Positions 59,410 to 64,000 of a stretch of 64,000 bases of DNA are shown here, piece by piece (position 1 is the first letter of the stretch; the number at the start of each line of letters is the position of its first letter). A model generated the notes under the pieces. That model was not told the DNA's origin. It made no database searches and worked only from the letters and a program-made list of their open reading frames with translations. The DNA lies in the NCBI GenBank assembly GCA_016186395.1, contig JACPLU010000006.1:7948-71947 (forward strand), given 5' to 3'. A program made the translations under genes and the position numbers. Source of the stretch: Parcubacteria group bacterium (lineage in GTDB: Bacteria > Patescibacteriota > Minisyncoccia > 2-02-FULL-40-12).

Positions 59410-61524
59410 TTACTCGCCTTGCGCTTGTCGCAATATGTCTAATTCGTCTTCATTCTCTTCTTGAGTATTTGGCGTTGATGGAAAAACATCATCTCGAATT
59501 TTTTCAAAGTACTCTCTTCTACCAGCATTTTCTTCGGCTACTTTTTGTTCTAGAGTTCTAAACAGATTTGTGGCTGATTTCTCATTTTTATTCTTAGCTT
59601 GCACAAAACGATTGACAATATCTTCTCTAACATTTTTTAGTTCCTCCTCACTAAGATTAGCAAGAGCAGAAGGAGAAAGACCATTTACAATTTTAAATCT
59701 TTCGGTTTCTTCGGTCAGTCGTTCTTTCAACGGGATGTTTGAATCCTTTGAATTTGAAGCAGAAGCTCTGGCTTTTGCAACTACTGATGGCGCAATCTTA
59801 CTCATTGCGGATGCAAAAGCTCCTTCATCTTTAACTTTTTCGGAAGTGTTCGGTTTTTCACCCATAACTTGTAGGGCGGTAACATAGGTGTCTAAATCCT
59901 GCATCATTGTAGCAGCAGTTCGCTTGGCTTGTTTACTATCAGACTGAAGCCAAGAGTAAAAAGTTTTTCTTGCATTTAAATCTGTTTGTAAAATACCGCC
60001 CTTGCCAAAAGTTCTTTCTAAAAGTTCCTTTGATACCTTAGCAAAGTCCTTATCCTTCATCTTAGATACTAAATCATTAATAACCTGGGTTTGACTGCCA
60101 TAATCATTTAGAGTGCGCTGGAATGTCGCGTCATCCATAATTCCCTCTTCTGCGGCTTTCATCATTAACGCCAGATGCCTTTCTTTATTTATACCCTTCC
60201 TATTAAGCTCTGACTTAATATATGCCTGCATTTCTTCTTTGGTCGTGAAACCTTTTTGGGCTATTTCATCATTTAATACTTCTTTAGTGTGCTTACCTGC
60301 CTGGCTTACTAATACTCTTTGATCCTGAAGACTTGGAATGCCGGCAAGCCCTCCAATAAGTCCGCCAACTTTTGCTTCGGCCCTTTCTTTGCCTTGCGGA
60401 CCAAACAGTCTTCTTTGAGTACCGGGAATGCGAACACCCTGTTCTTTAATGCCTTTCCATGCCATTTTCGCACCGCCCGGAATACCAGTTAATCCCCAAA
60501 TCCCACCTGCGGCACCGATTGTAACTTTCGCCGCCATTCCGCCTATTGAGTTGGCCGCCATATAGCCTGCAACTAGAGTTACGACTGCAAGAACGAATTT
60601 CCCTATGGAAGCAGAAATTGCCGTACCCAAACCCGTCTCACCACTTGCTAATTGGGCTATTATGGTTTCATCCGACCTAACCAGAAAAGTAATGCCGATG
60701 TACATAAAGAAAAGATAAATGGGCAAAAAATAGTTCCAATATAAGAATTTGTCCCACCACCATTTTTTATAGCGCTCCAAATACGGAAACGCATAGGCCA
60801 AGAATGCAAAGGGAGCGAATACAAGCAAAGTCCATAGAAATGGCAAACGGATAAAAATAACAAGCGCAGACAATATTAAAGCCAAAGCCCAAATGGCTAG
60901 AAATATCGTGCCGATCGTAAGATTAATAAAACCAATGCTTGCCGCATCAACCACGGCATTGGCTATTCTTACAAAGAAATTCTGATCGGCATTTGAATTA
61001 ATATCTGCAGAAGCAATTCTAAAAGCTTGAGATACGGCTGAAAGCTTATACCCTGGATTGCCAATGGCTTTTGCAAAAACGTCTGCCAGGAAATTAAAAC
61101 CGTCAATTATTACTTGGCCGATTACAAGACTAAAATTAATTAACAAAGCGGCAATAATAATTTTTGGCAGTAGTGTTTTAGCATTATAGCGCTTAACATC
61201 AAAGATTGTGCTAAAAGCAACGACCAATAAAAGCAGAATAAAAAACATATTCATAAAATCCCGAACAATGGACCACATATCAAAAAGTACCTTGGAATTT
61301 GTAAAATTATTTAAAAAATCACTGGTTAGCAAATAACCAATGAAATCTCCAAACGCCTGAATCAAACCGGCTAACATTGCATTTACGGCAACCAACAAAG
61401 CGGTTTCAAGGACAAGTGCGTTAGCGAATTTAGGCAACATTAAAAGAACGATAGAAAAACACACAACCCCCATTTTGAAAGTTGTTTTTTTATGAGATTG
61501 TTTTAAATTATTCTGGGTAGGCAT
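59410..61524 (-). CDS. VirB6/TrbL-like polytopic membrane protein with long cytoplasmic tail
   Basis: WSIVRDFMNMFFI, LPKIIIAALLINFS and multiple TM segments followed by a Gly-rich segment. Confidence 0.75.
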   Translation of the reverse strand: MPTQNNLKQSHKKTTFKMGVVCFSIVLLMLPKFANALVLETALLVAVNAMLAGLIQAFGDFIGYLLTSDFLNNFTNSKVLFDMWSIVRDFMNMFFILLLLVVAFSTIFDVKRYNAKTLLPKIIIAALLINFSLVIGQVIIDGFNFLADVFAKAIGNPGYKLSAVSQAFRIASADINSNADQNFFVRIANAVVDAASIGFINLTIGTIFLAIWALALILSALVIFIRLPFLWTLLVFAPFAFLAYAFPYLERYKKWWWDKFLYWNYFLPIYLFFMYIGITFLVRSDETIIAQLASGETGLGTAISASIGKFVLAVVTLVAGYMAANSIGGMAAKVTIGAAGGIWGLTGIPGGAKMAWKGIKEQGVRIPGTQRRLFGPQGKERAEAKVGGLIGGLAGIPSLQDQRVLVSQAGKHTKEVLNDEIAQKGFTTKEEMQAYIKSELNRKGINKERHLALMMKAAEEGIMDDATFQRTLNDYGSQTQVINDLVSKMKDKDFAKVSKELLERTFGKGGILQTDLNARKTFYSWLQSDSKQAKRTAATMMQDLDTYVTALQVMGEKPNTSEKVKDEGAFASAMSKIAPSVVAKARASASNSKDSNIPLKERLTEETERFKIVNGLSPSALANLSEEELKNVREDIVNRFVQAKNKNEKSATNLFRTLEQKVAEENAGRREYFEKIRDDVFPSTPNTQEENEDELDILRQAQGE

Positions 61525-61531
61525 AAATGTA

Positions 61532-62641
61532 TTAGTTACAAGTTATCTTAGAAGAAGTACTGCTACTTTGATCAATTGTACAAGTGGGATTGGGTAGTGC
61601 TGTAGGAACCGGTGTCGGAATGTTTAAATTTATGTTACAGTTTTCTATATTACCGCTTTTAATCTGTGCCTCCGAACACTCGGGCAAAGGAGTGGTTGGT
61701 AAAGGTGCCGGATTACCAAGGCTAGCATTAGGACCCAACAATTTATCTACAACTAAAGAAACTATCAAACCGCCCAGTTCTCCAATCTCATCCGCGCTTA
61801 TTAAATTTTCCAGGTTCGCTCTTATTGCCTCCGAGGTTGAATCACTTAGAACACTGCCGGGAATACCAATTGTGTTTTTAATAATACAGGAGGCATAACT
61901 AAAGTTTTGTTCTCCTCCCTGAATATTATATATACAGCCACTACCCGGTCTTTTACTTAAAAAGCCCCCACCGGCCTCGGCTTCAGATTTATTTGCTTCT
62001 TTATTGACTTGCTTTTGTTTTTCTAACTCATTGGCGCTTAAAAATACTATGCCGCCCAAGGTATTGCCCGGAGCAAAAAGTTCAGTTAACCTGTTCCAGT
62101 TTTTCCCACTAAATAAGTCCTTTTCGATTTCGTCCGCAGACTTATTTGCAAAGTCAGAGCATCTAACTTGAGTTAAAAAACTTGAAATATCGGTTTTGTC
62201 TTGATTTATGCGACCAAACTGACTTGTATTAACAAGATTTAAATTAAGATTTGTAAAAATGTGTCCCACTATTTCTCTGTATTTATCGCAAATCACAGCA
62301 CCACCACCCCTAAAATTTCCTCCCCCTTCTAATGCTCTTTTTAACTCTATGGCAAAAATGTTCTCACCTCTTAATTCTGAATTAAGTAAAAACTTACGCC
62401 AATCAAATACTATTGCCGCTTCTTTACCCCCTATACCGCCGGTTTTAACGCTATCTATCATCTTAGATACTGTTTTATTTAAAAAAGTTGTACCAAGGGT
62501 TTTTACAATCTGATCAAGAACTAATTCTTTAAGTATCAACGGATTTAAAAAAGCCATAATTGCTCCACCGTTTACAACTGAAGGCAAGAAAAAAGTCAAA
62601 ATGATTATTACCGCTAAGATTTTTTGAGAGTATTTTTTCAT
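61532..62641 (-). CDS. Secreted hypothetical protein of the T4SS-like cluster
   Basis: Signal peptide, AGGGFLS..C...PGS...ADEI and a PT-rich tail. Confidence 0.7.
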   Translation of the reverse strand: MKKYSQKILAVIIILTFFLPSVVNGGAIMAFLNPLILKELVLDQIVKTLGTTFLNKTVSKMIDSVKTGGIGGKEAAIVFDWRKFLLNSELRGENIFAIELKRALEGGGNFRGGGAVICDKYREIVGHIFTNLNLNLVNTSQFGRINQDKTDISSFLTQVRCSDFANKSADEIEKDLFSGKNWNRLTELFAPGNTLGGIVFLSANELEKQKQVNKEANKSEAEAGGGFLSKRPGSGCIYNIQGGEQNFSYASCIIKNTIGIPGSVLSDSTSEAIRANLENLISADEIGELGGLIVSLVVDKLLGPNASLGNPAPLPTTPLPECSEAQIKSGNIENCNINLNIPTPVPTALPNPTCTIDQSSSTSSKITCN

Positions 62642-62642
62642 T

Positions 62643-63599
62643 CTATTTGGTCAAAGATAAAAGGAATAAAAGATTATTGGTTGGCAATTCTAATTGAGAG
62701 TTGCTGATTTTTATTAAAATATCGGTGATTACAGTTTTTAATTCTTCATTAAGTTGTGGGTACATGCTTACTGAAAATATTGCTTTAAGAGGATCCTCGT
62801 TCTGCTGACGAATACCCTCAAAAAGTGTTTTATATTTTCTAGTTATGACAATGATGGCTTTATGATTTGAGGCCCAAGAACTAGGCACAATAATTGAAAG
62901 CTCCTCTTGATATAAGCCTTCTAATACTTTAACAAAGTTCACCCCAAGTTCCACCGGATTTATTGCAGCTTGTATTTGAGCAAATTGAGGATTAACGCTT
63001 AAAATTTTCTCGGCAAGGGTTGAAAGTTTAATTATGTAATCTTTAACTACTTGAGGAGAGTTATCATCTGAAGTTGGAAAATTTATTTCTTCTTCGATGG
63101 TAAAAAGTTTCTGATTTATACCCGCAATTCCGTTAGCAAGATTTTCTATGTTCGTTCTAACTGAATCAGAATCACCATTCTGACGACTTATGTCACCGGA
63201 TAAAATTGCTCCGGCCGTTAAATTAGAGGCTAACTCCGTAAGATTTTGCGTGTCTTTGACTGCCTGATTTTTTGATTCAACAAATTTACCAAAAGATAAT
63301 GGGCAGTCGTCTGTTGAATTTAACGGATTGCAGTTGGCCGTGACCTCGTCTCCATCTAGAAAACCATCTCCATCAGTATCAGAATTATACGGATCAGTAT
63401 TAAAATAGGACTCTTCCCTGTCGTATAAACCGTCGTTGTCGCTATCAATTTTGGTTGGGTCTTGAGTTGTCTCTGGGTCAGTTATTTTAAAAGCTACGCC
63501 AGTTGAATTTCTAGAAACAGATTGAACTATCAAATAAACTAAAACTACCGCCAGTACAGCCAGCGCTCCTAAAACAATCTTTATTTTGTTGGGGATCAT
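62643..63599 (-). CDS. Membrane-anchored protein with thrombospondin type 3-like Ca-binding repeats
   Basis: DSDNDGLYD.EE...TDP..SDTDGDGFLDGDE. Confidence 0.8.
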   Translation of the reverse strand: MIPNKIKIVLGALAVLAVVLVYLIVQSVSRNSTGVAFKITDPETTQDPTKIDSDNDGLYDREESYFNTDPYNSDTDGDGFLDGDEVTANCNPLNSTDDCPLSFGKFVESKNQAVKDTQNLTELASNLTAGAILSGDISRQNGDSDSVRTNIENLANGIAGINQKLFTIEEEINFPTSDDNSPQVVKDYIIKLSTLAEKILSVNPQFAQIQAAINPVELGVNFVKVLEGLYQEELSIIVPSSWASNHKAIIVITRKYKTLFEGIRQQNEDPLKAIFSVSMYPQLNEELKTVITDILIKISNSQLELPTNNLLFLLSLTK

Positions 63600-64000
63600 C
63601 TTTTACTTTTCAGACTTCTGCGAAATCTTAAAGCGAAAAACCCAAATATTAAAGCTAAAATTAGGGGCCAATCGCCTAATTTATTATACAATGTTTTAGC
63701 TGAATTAGGCACAACCGTCCCTGTGAATAACTGCGGTTCTTGATTCTTGGTACTTTTTATAACCTTTCCTTGAAAATCTATTATATAAGATATGCCAAAA
63801 TTAGCTGACAAAATAATAGGTTTTCTATTTTCAATTGCTCGAATTTGCGCTATCGCAATATTTTGATCTATAAGATCGTTAGCTCCCTTAAAAATGCCAG
63901 TGCTGGCAAGAACAATTATAAAATCCGGCTCTTTTGAAGATAATTCTCTTAAAAGTCCTGGGCTGAAAAGACCAGAACAAACTACGGCACTGGTTTTTAC
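63596..64000 (-). CDS. Apolipoprotein N-acyltransferase-like protein, C-terminal part (5' end outside window)
   Basis: Frame open to the window edge: VVCSG...IRAIENRK..SANFGISYIID..G...TLYNKLGDW. Confidence 0.75.
   Translation of the reverse strand, partial: VKTSAVVCSGLFSPGLLRELSSKEPDFIIVLASTGIFKGANDLIDQNIAIAQIRAIENRKPIILSANFGISYIIDFQGKVIKSTKNQEPQLFTGTVVPNSAKTLYNKLGDWPLILALIFGFFALRFRRSLKSKR

Overview
AT-rich chromosomal segment with standard code 11, whose gene content points to a Patescibacteria/CPR (Parcubacteria-like) bacterium. Indicators are a short ThrRS, a single-chain PheRS with an FDX-ACB domain, rplK without an adjacent rplA, a type IV pilus/ComF cluster and a VirB4/PrgI/VirB6-like cluster. 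Housekeeping genes are dnaE (with an intein), thrS, gatABC, thyX-tmk-dcd, secE-nusG-rplK, gyrB, pheS, pyrH, guaB, metK (SAM-I riboswitch), typA, ligA and four tRNAs. The clearest accessory system is a complete diversity-generating retroelement (DGR) at 14716-17097. Its TR and VR differ at 21 of 125 positions, all at TR adenines. Its RT and avd genes are divergent, and a shared C11/G11 homopolymer puts an upstream ATG of each out of frame by the same single base, which is either a phase-variable switch or a read error. A second DGR-target-like gene lies at 35081-35605. The window is also dense in small structured repeats. Degenerate 7-mer arrays in inverted halves bracket a four-helix-bundle (IVP/Avd-like) gene and also occur empty at gene junctions and inside genes. 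Several MITE-like elements with terminal inverted repeats occur too, some translated in frame (gatB, pilin leaders). All calls come from manual reading; no searches were run.
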